A stretch of 64,000 nucleotides of DNA from Candidatus Latescibacterota bacterium (GCA_965242865.1 CBDETK010000013.1:1248001-1312000), one strand, 5' to 3'. Positions 10,076 through 19,663 are shown, counted from the first letter of the stretch. Notes: generated from the letters alone by a model not told the origin. A program made the numbers and translations.

Positions 10076-11761
10076 ATGAAAAACGTGCTGGCTTCGCCAC
10101 GGCTGCCGCTCGCGCTGCTGCTGCTCGCGCTATCGACGATGTTCCTGTTCGGCAACGACCGGGGCCACTTCTACCGGCCTGGGGCCCACGATTGGAATTC
10201 GTCAAGGGGGCTGGCGATCGCCGAAAACCTATCCTTCAAACACAACCTCCTGCTGTTCGACTTTCAAACCGTCGATGCAGAAGGCACGCCGCTCTACGTG
10301 CCATACGCCCGCTATCCGCTGGGCAGCTACGCGCTCATCAAGCTGGCCATCCTGCCCTTCGGACAGGACCTGTCGGCAAAAATCTACGCCGGCCGGATCC
10401 TGATGCTGCTGTTGTTTGCCGCGATGGTCGTCTTGGCGTACCACGCGCTGGCCCGGCTCACGGCCAATCGGTGGATCGGCCTGACCGCTACGCTCTTGGC
10501 CTTCTCCTCGCACTACTTCCTGTACTACAGCGACAAAATTTCCAATGGGGTGACGATGGGCCTTTTGGGGATCATGCTGACCTTCCACGGGATGGTCTTC
10601 TTCGTCTTGGAGGGCCGCTTCCGGCCGCTGCTGCTCAAGACGGGCGCGGCCCTGCTGCTGGGCTGGCATGTCTTCGCGCTGCTGCTCGCTTTCATCGTTG
10701 GCGGCTTGGTGAAGGAGAGCGTCCGGGCGCGGTCCGCGTTCGGTTGGCTTAATAGCTTGATTCGCAGCCGGTACGTGCGGCTCGGCGGCGTCGCGCTGCT
10801 TTTTGGCCTAGCGGTTCTGAGCTTCAACCTCGCCAACGAATACTTCATGCTGGACGACGGAAGGGCCCTGACGGAGGTGCCGACGCTCCTATCGCTGCAG
10901 AGTCGCATCGGCGCAAACGACGAGCACGACCCTTATTACGACGACTATCTGGCGTGGAAGCCTTTTTTACAAGAACAGTTCCACCGCATCGGCGTAATGT
11001 CCCTGCCCGCCGCGCTGCCGGGCTATGTGATCAATGTGATGGGCAACAGCCCGAATGCGGCACTGGAAAAATTGCAGGGTACTGCCATTGGAATTTTTGC
11101 GACCGGCGCGTGTTTGGTTGGTCTGGCCTTCGGCCCCCATAAGACCTTACTGGCACCCCTAGCCCTGTTCGGCTTTTGCTGGGCACTGCCGCTGCGCTAC
11201 TCCGTCTATGCCCATAGCCACGAGGGCCTGTTCTACATCGGCATCCCCCTCGTCCTGTTCTCGCTGGTCCTGCTATACCTGCGCAAGCTGGCCAAGGACG
11301 ACCGGCTCATCGCCTGCTTTGCGGCCGCGGCCGTGGGCATATTCGTTCTGTCCAGCTTCCGCACCAGTCTAATCGGCCACGACGCCAAAGCCGCCCAATT
11401 CCACGCAACCATGATTGCCGACTTTGAGGCTATCCGCGAAATAACGCGCGGGAAGGTCGTTTTTGTTCCCGCATCCTCCTCCGACGAGATGCAGCGGTTT
11501 GTCGGAGCGCGGTCGGCGTTGGATTACTACCTCGCCGGGAGTTTCATCCTATATAACGAACACCCGGGCCACGCCGACTTCGTTCTCAGCCGCGAACGCA
11601 AGGAGGGGCCGACACTGCTCACCCCAAACAACCGGCTGATGTTCCTATACGACGGGCCGTTTGCGTTTACGACAGCGAGTAGCCCCGATACTACATCGCT
11701 TCGGAGGCCGAGCCGTTCGGCTCCACCTGCCGATAGAACTTCTTCGCGCCCTTCTCAATAG
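10076..11761 (+). CDS. Divergent GT-C-like multi-pass membrane protein (gene 5 of the cluster)
   Basis: ATG after GAAGG; HDW after TM1, YARYP loop and many TM helices; no DNA-level similarity to paralogs 1-4. The 3' end overlaps the convergent gene by 71 bp. Confidence 0.65.
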   Translation: MKNVLASPRLPLALLLLALSTMFLFGNDRGHFYRPGAHDWNSSRGLAIAENLSFKHNLLLFDFQTVDAEGTPLYVPYARYPLGSYALIKLAILPFGQDLSAKIYAGRILMLLLFAAMVVLAYHALARLTANRWIGLTATLLAFSSHYFLYYSDKISNGVTMGLLGIMLTFHGMVFFVLEGRFRPLLLKTGAALLLGWHVFALLLAFIVGGLVKESVRARSAFGWLNSLIRSRYVRLGGVALLFGLAVLSFNLANEYFMLDDGRALTEVPTLLSLQSRIGANDEHDPYYDDYLAWKPFLQEQFHRIGVMSLPAALPGYVINVMGNSPNAALEKLQGTAIGIFATGACLVGLAFGPHKTLLAPLALFGFCWALPLRYSVYAHSHEGLFYIGIPLVLFSLVLLYLRKLAKDDRLIACFAAAAVGIFVLSSFRTSLIGHDAKAAQFHATMIADFEAIREITRGKVVFVPASSSDEMQRFVGARSALDYYLAGSFILYNEHPGHADFVLSRERKEGPTLLTPNNRLMFLYDGPFAFTTASSPDTTSLRRPSRSAPPADRTSSRPSQ

Positions 11762-12854
11762 TCATAATGACCGCACTTTTGGTGGGATGGCGGTTTTCGT
11801 CGTAGCGAGCAATGCGCGTGGCCCCCGCGTACTGTTCCGTCGCGACCAACTGCCGCCGCACCGCGTCTGGGTCGAGGCGGCCCGCGCGTGCGGCCGCTTC
11901 CAAGAACAAGCGCACCGCATCGTAACTCACCGCATCGCCGCCGGTGGGCACTATTCCGTACCGGGCTTGATATGCGTCGATGAACGCCCGCGCACTCGGC
12001 TCGTCCGTGTCGGGCGAAAAGTGGCTGCTAAAAAAGCTACCCTCAACCGCGGCGGCTTCGTTGTCTAACAGCGTCGGATTGTCCCAAGCATCGGCTCCGA
12101 GAAAAATCGTGAGGTCCCCGGCCGCGGTTTGCAGCGGCCAAGCCCGCGCCTGCTCGGTCACCCGCGCGACTTCGGGCGGCAGCCCCGACAGGAAGATCGC
12201 CTCGGGAGCCGCGCCCGCGATGCGGCTCAATTGCTCGGCAAAATCCGTCGCTCCCCTCTCGTAGAACTCGTCGGCCACGATCGCTCCCCCCAAGCCGCTA
12301 AAATGGGCGGTAAAAAATTCAGCGATCCCCTCGCTATAGACCTCTCCGCGCTGGGTCAAAACAGCGGCCGCCTGCACCCCGAGCGTCTCTTTGGCAAACT
12401 GCGCCACGACGCGCCCCTGAAACTGGTCGGTGAAAGCGGCCATAAAGACAAAATCGCCGGCCGAGGTCACGGCTGGATTGGTCGCGGCCGTGGCAATCAT
12501 GGGCACGCCGTGGCGCTGGGCTACGGCCCCCACCGCAATGGCGTGCGAGGAGCGGTTGGGGCCGATGACGGCGACGACTTCGTCGGTGGAGATCATGGCC
12601 TCAGCGGCCTGCACGGCAACCTCGGCTTCCTGTAGGTCAAACTGGACGACCAATTCGACGGACCGGCCCAACAGCCCTCCGCGCTCGTTGACTTCGTCCA
12701 CCGCAATGTTCGCTCCATTCGGATAGGTGATGCGGTCGCCCGAGACGAGGAACCCAATTTTAACGGGGGCCGCAGCCGGGGAAGACACAGAATCCTTCTC
12801 CGCGCAAGCGGCCAACGCGAGGGCCGCAGCACCGGCGATGTACAACCATTTCAT
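11691..12854 (-). CDS. Branched-chain amino acid ABC transporter substrate-binding lipoprotein (LivJ/K family)
   Basis: Lipobox LAAC; NERGGLLGRSVEL, VIGPNRS and YDAVRL motifs; no permease genes nearby. Confidence 0.85.
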   Translation of the reverse strand: MKWLYIAGAAALALAACAEKDSVSSPAAAPVKIGFLVSGDRITYPNGANIAVDEVNERGGLLGRSVELVVQFDLQEAEVAVQAAEAMISTDEVVAVIGPNRSSHAIAVGAVAQRHGVPMIATAATNPAVTSAGDFVFMAAFTDQFQGRVVAQFAKETLGVQAAAVLTQRGEVYSEGIAEFFTAHFSGLGGAIVADEFYERGATDFAEQLSRIAGAAPEAIFLSGLPPEVARVTEQARAWPLQTAAGDLTIFLGADAWDNPTLLDNEAAAVEGSFFSSHFSPDTDEPSARAFIDAYQARYGIVPTGGDAVSYDAVRLFLEAAARAGRLDPDAVRRQLVATEQYAGATRIARYDENRHPTKSAVIMTIEKGAKKFYRQVEPNGSASEAM

Positions 12855-12998
12855 GGCATATTCTCTTCTAAGGAAGTGGATGGCTAAAGCCGGTATTCGC
12901 CGCGGGCATTCCTTGCGGCGCGGCGACCGACGACGAGGGCACTCGCAAAAACGACGCGAACGACCCGCTTGTCAATCGGACTTTGGCCCTTCTAACTA

Positions 12999-13029
12999 TG
13001 CAAATATAACATGTTGCGTTACATTTACA
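12999..13029. promoter_or_regulatory. Imperfect inverted repeat (putative operator) directly before the AAA ATPase start
   Basis: TGCAAATATAAC-7 nt-GTTACATTTACA, 10 of 12 arm positions match, 3 nt before the ATG. Confidence 0.45.
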
Positions 13030-13032
13030 CGG

Positions 13033-14199
13033 ATGATAGCCCGCACCATCAAGCCGACCCTAAACCATCTGCTGGATAGCAACCCGGCGGTGGTCTTGAT
13101 CGGGCCGCGCCAAGTCGGCAAGACGACGCTCGCCCGGGAAATCGCCGACGAGCGCGATGCCCTCTACCTAGACCTAGAACGCCCCAGCGATCGGGCCAAG
13201 ATCGCCGACATCGAGCAATACTGCGCTGAAAACGCCAACCACTTGCTCATTCTCGACGAGGTACATCGCGCACCCGGCTTGTTCGCTCCGTTGCGCGGCG
13301 TCATAGACGAACACCGGCGGGCCGGCCGGCGGACGGGGCTGTTCCTGCTGCTCGGGTCGGCCTCCATCGATCTGCTACAACAGTCGAGCGAGACGCTGGC
13401 GGGCCGCGTCGCTTACTGCGAGTTGCATCCGGTCAATGCGCGCGAGGTGCCTGTGAGCGCGTTGCGCCAACTTTGGTGTAGAGGCGGTTTCCCGGAGAGC
13501 TACCTCGCCCCAAGCGACGCGGCGAGCCTCGACTGGCGGCTCTCCTTCATCCGCACGTATCTCGAGCGCGACATCCCCCAACTCGGGCCGCGCATTCCCG
13601 CCGAGACCTTGCGCCGGTTCTGGACCATGCTCGCCCACAATCAGGGGCAGACCCACAACGCGGCCGCTCTCGCCCGAGGCCTCGATGTCAGCGGCGTCAC
13701 CATCGCCCGCTATCTGGATTTGCTGGCCGACCTCCTGCTGGTCCGCCGCCTGCCGCCTTGGACCAGCAACGTGGGCAGGCGACTCGTCAAGGCCCCCAAG
13801 GTATATGTCAGAGATAGTGGGATTTGTCACGCGCTGCTCGGCATTGAGACGCTCGACGACCTGCTCGGGCATCCGGTCATCGGCGGCAGTTGGGAAGGCT
13901 ACGTCATCGAGAACATCGCCGGTGCCCTGCCGAGACGGGCGTCCTGCGGCTACTACCGCACGGCCGGCGGCGCGGAAGTTGATCTAGTGGTCCATCTCGG
14001 CGCGGGCGCAATCTGGGCCATCGAGATCAAGCACAGCTCGGCCCCCAAGGTCTCCAAGGGGTTCCACAGTGCCTGCGAAGACCTACGGCCCGACCAGAAG
14101 TTCGTCGTTCACGCTGGCAGCGAAAGTTTCCCACTGGCCAAGGACATCCGCGCCGTGACGCTGCCGGCCATCGTCCAACTCCTGAAGCAATCGCGTTGA
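13033..14199 (+). CDS. AAA+ ATPase, AAA_14 + DUF4143 family
   Basis: Walker A GPRQVGKT, Walker B ILDEVH, LLGSAS, GGFPE, KAPKVYVRDSG and C-terminal EVD...IEIK. Confidence 0.88.
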   Translation: MIARTIKPTLNHLLDSNPAVVLIGPRQVGKTTLAREIADERDALYLDLERPSDRAKIADIEQYCAENANHLLILDEVHRAPGLFAPLRGVIDEHRRAGRRTGLFLLLGSASIDLLQQSSETLAGRVAYCELHPVNAREVPVSALRQLWCRGGFPESYLAPSDAASLDWRLSFIRTYLERDIPQLGPRIPAETLRRFWTMLAHNQGQTHNAAALARGLDVSGVTIARYLDLLADLLLVRRLPPWTSNVGRRLVKAPKVYVRDSGICHALLGIETLDDLLGHPVIGGSWEGYVIENIAGALPRRASCGYYRTAGGAEVDLVVHLGAGAIWAIEIKHSSAPKVSKGFHSACEDLRPDQKFVVHAGSESFPLAKDIRAVTLPAIVQLLKQSR

Positions 14200-14205
14200 C
14201 CCATG

Positions 14206-14472
14206 CTACTCGGCTTGGTCTAACAGGGGTCTAAAGGCTTCGAGGCTGGCCACCTGTATGGCCGCCCGATGCAACTGCTTGAGACGCTGCACATCGTCGA
14301 TGCCCCCAATGCGAGCGGCCAACGGATCCGACGCAGCCAGCCCAAAGCGAATCGCTAGTACCTCGAGCAGAGCTTCAATGGCGCGTTCTCGGCCGCCTCG
14401 CTCGATGCCCTGCTCGATGCCCTGCTCAATGCCCTTTTCCGTGAAATACTGCACTACCGACGACTCGTACAT
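14206..14472 (-). CDS. Putative internal in-frame small protein (RpnS-like antitoxin), 88 aa
   Basis: GCGGAGGAGACC-ATG: a strong SD inside the rpn frame just before MYESSVVQYFTEKGIEQG. Confidence 0.6.
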   Translation of the reverse strand: MYESSVVQYFTEKGIEQGIEQGIERGGRERAIEALLEVLAIRFGLAASDPLAARIGGIDDVQRLKQLHRAAIQVASLEAFRPLLDQAE

Positions 14473-15105
14473 GGTCTCCTCCGCGATGATGGTCGTAATC
14501 GTGTCTAAGTTATACACCAACCCGCTCAATATCGCAAGATTGGCCAAGTAATTGGCCCGGCGGGATTCGGCCAGCGGCACCTGCTGTGCCCGGTTGACAC
14601 ACTGGCGCAACCACCCTTCGGCATCCATCCCTGCGGGCGGCTGCATCAACGGCGCAAACGGCAGCAAGCCCGAAGGCCCCTCCTCAAGTATGCGTTGGCC
14701 ATCGAGCTCAATCAGCCGACTCACCTTGTATTGCACCAACACCCGGTAGCCGGGTTGCTCTTGGAGATAATACCCCGGATCGTGCCGGCCGGCGTCCGGC
14801 CGCAAGTAGATGACGTTGGAGTAGATCGGGCACTTGTGCTGCTCAATGCCGCGTCCGATATAGCCGACCATGCGGAGAGGCATGGGCGGTTTGCTGTCGG
14901 TGGTTTGGAACTCGTGATGGACCAACGCCTCCACGCCATCGACATGGACGCGAATGAGGCTATCGGTGCGATGGGTTTCGACGGTGGTTTGCTCGGTCTC
15001 GACGCCGCCGCGGACTTGGATGTCGTCTTGTTGGAGGGCGAATCGGGCGAAGTCCGTTGGGTAGGTGTGGATGAGGTGTTTGGCGATGGTATCGAATTCA
15101 GCCAT
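14206..15105 (-). CDS. Rpn/YhgA-like PD-(D/E)XK nuclease (long form)
   Basis: MAEFDTIAK...RTDSL...HHEFQ...MPLRM...VIYL and (GIEQ)n repeats in the C-terminus; ATG at 15105. Confidence 0.82.
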   Translation of the reverse strand: MAEFDTIAKHLIHTYPTDFARFALQQDDIQVRGGVETEQTTVETHRTDSLIRVHVDGVEALVHHEFQTTDSKPPMPLRMVGYIGRGIEQHKCPIYSNVIYLRPDAGRHDPGYYLQEQPGYRVLVQYKVSRLIELDGQRILEEGPSGLLPFAPLMQPPAGMDAEGWLRQCVNRAQQVPLAESRRANYLANLAILSGLVYNLDTITTIIAEETMYESSVVQYFTEKGIEQGIEQGIERGGRERAIEALLEVLAIRFGLAASDPLAARIGGIDDVQRLKQLHRAAIQVASLEAFRPLLDQAE

Positions 15106-15150
15106 GGGTTCTGCCTTGGTTGCGGGTGGGATGGGTGGTATCCGCAACTG

Positions 15151-15165
15151 GCAAAAATCGTGCCA
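15151..15165 (-). promoter_or_regulatory. sigma54 -24/-12 promoter upstream of rpn
   Basis: Minus-strand TGGCACGATTTTTGC, GG-N10-GC, 46 nt upstream of the ATG. Confidence 0.6.
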
Positions 15166-15434
15166 CGGCGTCGGCTCAGAGGGGCGGCTTGGGATCGGCG
15201 GCGTGGGTGTGTAGCGAAAAGGGTACAGGTGTGGGACGTTAGGGAAAAAGCGGCACACCGTCCGTTAGAAGCGGTCTGAAGACTCTGGTGGTCGTCCCCT
15301 GCGTCTAAACGCCAAACGATCCCGGCTGGATTCCCGCCCTGTGTCGGGGCACGGGGTGACGTTCTTTCGCGGGCAGGACGGAGACCGGCTCTACGGCTTG
15401 TTCAACACGATCCAAGGGGGGTTCAGATAGCTTT

Positions 15435-15740
15435 TTAAGCGACGTATTTCTGGATGCCGACGACGAGGGCGATGCTCAGGGCCGAGATCAGCGCGACCCC
15501 GACGAGCGTGACGAGCAGAATTTTGCCCGTGAGGTAAATCCCCAAACCCATGAGGCAGGCCACCACTCCCACCCAGAAAATCATCAGCCCCACCCACTAA
15601 GCCAACCCGTCCTTGTCGGCGACCCGGTCCGGGTTGAGGCCGGAGATTAGGCCGATGCGTTTTTTAACCCCGATCAGATAGGCGATGACATAGAGCGGCA
15701 GAGCGGAGAGTAGCATGACGAGGAAGATGAGGGTGTTCAT
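15435..15740 (-). pseudogene. Small 3-TM membrane protein (DUF3784-like) interrupted by TAG
   Basis: SD AGGA then MNTLIFLVMLL...GVKKRIGLISGLNPDRVADKDGLA*WVGLMIFW...IQKYVA*; in-frame TAG at 15597-15599 (codon 48 of 102). Confidence 0.6.
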
Positions 15741-15852
15741 TTGAGAATCCTCTTATATACGAGGTTAGAGAAGCTCACATGCCGTAGTCGTGGTTCGGTT
15801 CCTTATGAACCAAGCCGGTCCTGTTGGGCCAAACAAAAAACAGCGGACACGA

Positions 15853-16875
15853 CTAATTCCTAATGACGACCTGCCGATAGTAAATCGGGATACGGAACTC
15901 TTCGCGCAGGATATGAAGGTATTCTTCCGCGTCCCCATCAAGGGATGGTTCTCCGACAACAAAGAGTTTCGCAGGGCGCGGAGCACCGGGCCAAAAACCA
16001 TACTCTATAAGCTGACCGAGAGCTTGGCGGATACACGAACGTGCGGAACCGCCAAGCTTGATCTCATAGAATTCAAGATCGTCCCTACGCTGGGCAATCA
16101 AATCTACGCGACCGCCGACTCCGTCCGGGTGCTCCGATGCCACCTGATTTCCGACCTCGGAACGAAGCTCCTGCTCGAGAGCATCCTGTATCAGGCTATG
16201 TCGGAGGTTCACTTCGTTCTGGCCTGTTACTCGCGTTGCCTCTGTCCGGTATCGTCTTTTCGGTCTATCCGGTTGATATTTCGGTCTGAAGGTGAAGCCG
16301 GATTCGTCGTCGAGGATGGGAAAACTAGACGACTCGGACTCGACATATTTATAGAGGGGCAGTAACACGTCGAAATCGCGGAGGATAGTATCAGCGTCGA
16401 AGTTGTCAATCTGTTCGTATTTTCCGAGAAAGATAAAGACTCCCTCAGTATATAAACGCCGAGGAACGACTTCTGGAGAGCGATCATCGCTCCGGCTGTC
16501 TTCGTGCCAGTGCCACATCAGGAACTCACTCAGGTGGTCATCCCTATGTATTCGGATGAACTCGTTCAGATTGTCGATCTTGAGAGATAGTATCTCTACT
16601 GGGTTAGACATCGATCGACTCGCTTGCAATGAGATCGCAACACCCCAACGAAGGCTCTCCTCATCGCATTCAAAACCGACGTTGAACTGTAGTTCATCAC
16701 GCCCCCCGACATGATAGGCATAACCTCTATCGGGGAACGTAGCCTGCCGACCGAATGGCGTTCGACATGGCTTTCTCCGAAGCGAGCGGTGCTCTTTTCG
16801 GATATCTTGAAGCTTGCCAAATTCAAATCGGTCAGATTCATCGTTCAGTATCTGCACAATTTCTTCGATATCCAT
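15853..16875 (-). CDS. Restriction-endonuclease-like PD-(D/E)XK protein
   Basis: C-terminal RVDL...FYEIK...IRQALGQLIEY (D...ExK...QxxxY); AT-richer than flanks; ATG at 16875 after AGGGAG. Confidence 0.65.
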   Translation of the reverse strand: MDIEEIVQILNDESDRFEFGKLQDIRKEHRSLRRKPCRTPFGRQATFPDRGYAYHVGGRDELQFNVGFECDEESLRWGVAISLQASRSMSNPVEILSLKIDNLNEFIRIHRDDHLSEFLMWHWHEDSRSDDRSPEVVPRRLYTEGVFIFLGKYEQIDNFDADTILRDFDVLLPLYKYVESESSSFPILDDESGFTFRPKYQPDRPKRRYRTEATRVTGQNEVNLRHSLIQDALEQELRSEVGNQVASEHPDGVGGRVDLIAQRRDDLEFYEIKLGGSARSCIRQALGQLIEYGFWPGAPRPAKLFVVGEPSLDGDAEEYLHILREEFRIPIYYRQVVIRN

Positions 16876-16969
16876 TTTAAGAAACTCCCTTGGGTAAGAT
16901 GGTTTACTCGATGCCACCATGAGCGCGTAGATAAAGGACTACTTCTTTGTACTTTTCCCAGAACGTTTA

Positions 16970-17325
16970 ATGGCTTGACCAAAGGCGTCTGGTTACGCTT
17001 ATCACGGGCGTTTACGTAGGCTCCTTGTTCTACCAGAAAACGCACTACCTCTATATGACCTCCATCAGCCGCATAATGCAAAGCCGTAGTACCCCTATCA
17101 CGGGCGTTTATGTAGGCTCTCTGTTCTACCAGAAAGCGTACTATCTCTATACGGCCTAATTTAGCCACCTCATACAAAGCCGTTTCACCGCGTTTATTAT
17201 GGGTATTGGTATCAGCCCCTGTTCTACCAGAAAGCGTATTACCTCTAAACTGCCGCCCCCAGCCGCATCATGCAAAGCCGTGCTAAGGTATTTATCACGG
17301 GCATTGATATCAGCCCCTTGTCTTG
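16970..17325 (-). pseudogene. Ankyrin-repeat protein fragment
   Basis: About three ANK repeats (TALHDAAGGG, ETALYEVAKLG, TTALHYAADGGH, each followed by VRFLVEQGA-like sequence); 1-nt frameshift near 17218; no start. Confidence 0.7.
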
Positions 17326-17472
17326 CCTAAAGGCAGTTTCACAAAAAAAGGGGCACGGGAATCTCGGAATTTTGAAGTCTTACTCGCAGGCTCTGAAGAA
17401 GTACCGTTCCAAGACGCCGCCGAAAAACCTAAATCCCCTACGGCTGTGGTCGTCTAGCCAGACAGATAAGGA

Positions 17473-17667
17473 TCAAGCAGCGCGTAACTTTTCAGCCGGC
17501 AGTTCCAAGGCTCGCTCCCCGTCGCCCATTTTGACGACGATTCGGAATAGCTGACGTCCCCTACCCCGATTCGTCCTCTATCCTCAACGACCGTCCCCGT
17601 CACGATCCGATTGCCAAAGCTCAAGGCTCAAGCGGACCTTGTCTCCAATGCAGAATTTCGTAGCCAT
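17473..17667 (-). pseudogene. Small hypothetical (SH3-like) gene broken by frameshifts
   Basis: MATKFCIGDKVRLS / FGNRIVTGTVVEDRGRIGVG / RQLFRIVVKMGDGERALELPAEKLRAA* read across frames; a 7-bp TTGAGCC duplication and a short G run are the breaks. Confidence 0.35.
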
Positions 17668-17686
17668 GATTGTCCTGCCTAATGCG

Positions 17687-19663
17687 TCACGACGGAAACG
17701 GCACGGGAATCCCCTCTCCGTGCCACGGGAAAGCATAGCTCGGCGCGTTGCAAAAGCGGTCTAGCCCGGCGCCGATGCGAATCGCCGTGGACGGCGGCAG
17801 TTTCACCGAGAAATACTTCCCTTGTACAGCGGTCACCACCTCGCCATCCTTCCCTGCGGCGCGATACCTGAGCTGAGTAAAGCGGTGCTCGCCAAAGGCC
17901 CCGGCCTGCACGATGAGGCGGCGCGGCTCGTGCCGCGACGTGTTGACGATCTGGATGCCGACCACGGCCGGCCCCAGTTCATCCACCAAGGCGGCCACGT
18001 CTAACGGCAGCCCCGGACGCCGGCGGTCGGCGTCGAAGTAGCGCACGGTGGCGCGCAACAGGCCGCCGTTATAGACCGACTGCGGCGCCCCCAACGCCAC
18101 TTGGGTCAGCCCCTTGGTCAACACCGGCTGCGACGGGAGCCGATTGGTCGCAATGATCTCCAAAGGACTGCGCTCGTCGGCCCGCATGGTCTCGTAAGTC
18201 TCTAACGCCTGCTGGTACTCGGCTCGCAGAATCTGCTCGGGCCAACCCGGATTCTTGCCGTCGTAGTACTGGAAGCGGGCGAATTCGGTATTGCCCCAAT
18301 TCTTCTCGCCCAAAGCCGTGCCCACGTCGTTCCAGTCGCGCTCTACGTCGCCATCGCGCACCGCGGTAATCAACTCGTAGTCCTGCTGGGCCATCGAAGC
18401 GTGATACAGGTGCATGATGTCCTGACCCCGCAGCGGCGTAGGCTCCAGCCAGTAGCCGCGCATCTCAATGCCGTCGCTTACGTGCAGCCCCGGCGCTGGA
18501 TTCCAGTCCCAGCCATCCGGCCCATAGCGCACCGGCACGAGGAATTGCCCGTCCTCCCGCTTCCGGCCGTTATCGACTTGCAACTTGATTTGCGAGCGCA
18601 AAAAGTCGAGATAGCCGTGGTCGCCGGTGAGCAGTTGGGCGCATTCGACCGCGATGTTGATGCCGTGGAACAGGATGTTGTAGCCCTGATAGTGATTCCA
18701 GCCGTACTGGCCGCCCCACCACACGCCCTCGCGGCCCCCGCCGATGACGCCTTGGGCATCGACGTTGTCCGGGCAGATCCCGCCGTTTTGCTCGGTGCGC
18801 TCCATCCACGCCTCCGTGTAGTCGAGCACCCACTGTTTGTACTGGTTGTCGCCGGTGTACAGATAGGCGTTGGTCACCAGCGCGGTGGCTGCGAGGCTGT
18901 TGGGCGTGTCGCACTGCAAGACGAGCCGGTCGAACAGCTCGACAATTTGCCGGCGGCGCACGGGGTTTTCAAACCAGCGGGTCTCCAAGTTTTTGACGAT
19001 GGGATACAGGCTGGCGCGCACTCCGTAGTAGTTGGCTTGGCCGCCCAGCCCGCGGCCGGCCAGCAGCATGGTGTTGGCGTATTCCGCGTCCGCGTGGAGC
19101 TTGGGCCCCTGACTCGAATGGAAGGGCGAGCGCAGAATGCGGTAGTTGGGGTCCCAGTTGGGAGCGTGGGGATCTTCGCCGATGAACAGGGCCGCAAAGC
19201 TCCGCGCCCGCCGCACGTTTTCCGATACCGTGGGATCGGCCACCCCAAAGTCGTACAAGGCCATATTGCCCTCGCCCAAGTGGTGCCACTCCATGGCTTG
19301 GTCGAGGTTCCAAAACTCGTTGTGGATGGACGGCCGGAAGACCTTGGCGTGGTCGTTGTGGCGCGTGCGGTGCTCAAAGCGGTCGTCGCTGATGCGGGTG
19401 ACGGCGTTCCAGTTGCGGAAGTGGAGGTCGAGCAAATCGTCGGCCGCGCCCAGTGCGTAGAACAGGCCAAAGTTGTACATCTGCTCGTAGAGATCATCGA
19501 CATCCTCGGCCAGCAAGGTGCCGCCGCCGCGCTCGAAGTAGCGCCGGGCGAACAGACGCCCCGACTCCTCCATCAGCGCGATTAGATTCCGCTCCATCAA
19601 GGCCCACGCCGGCGGGGCCGCCACCTCGGTCGCTTCAATCCCAATCACATTGTTTGCTGTCAT
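17687..19663 (-). CDS. Conserved hypothetical protein, about 658 aa, possibly an alpha/alpha-barrel enzyme
   Basis: Long ORF with host-like codon use; SD AGGAGG before ATG at 19663; rich in W/Y/D/E (DDLYE, EWHHLGEG, WWGGQYGW). Confidence 0.7.
   Translation of the reverse strand: MTANNVIGIEATEVAAPPAWALMERNLIALMEESGRLFARRYFERGGGTLLAEDVDDLYEQMYNFGLFYALGAADDLLDLHFRNWNAVTRISDDRFEHRTRHNDHAKVFRPSIHNEFWNLDQAMEWHHLGEGNMALYDFGVADPTVSENVRRARSFAALFIGEDPHAPNWDPNYRILRSPFHSSQGPKLHADAEYANTMLLAGRGLGGQANYYGVRASLYPIVKNLETRWFENPVRRRQIVELFDRLVLQCDTPNSLAATALVTNAYLYTGDNQYKQWVLDYTEAWMERTEQNGGICPDNVDAQGVIGGGREGVWWGGQYGWNHYQGYNILFHGINIAVECAQLLTGDHGYLDFLRSQIKLQVDNGRKREDGQFLVPVRYGPDGWDWNPAPGLHVSDGIEMRGYWLEPTPLRGQDIMHLYHASMAQQDYELITAVRDGDVERDWNDVGTALGEKNWGNTEFARFQYYDGKNPGWPEQILRAEYQQALETYETMRADERSPLEIIATNRLPSQPVLTKGLTQVALGAPQSVYNGGLLRATVRYFDADRRRPGLPLDVAALVDELGPAVVGIQIVNTSRHEPRRLIVQAGAFGEHRFTQLRYRAAGKDGEVVTAVQGKYFSVKLPPSTAIRIGAGLDRFCNAPSYAFPWHGEGIPVPFPS

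Noticed and set aside
15320-15390. REP-like palindromic element (CTGGATTCCCGCC...GCGGGCAGGACGG)
   Set aside because: It resembles known short palindromic repeats but is degenerate and has only a weak partial echo near 29880, which is not enough support in this window.
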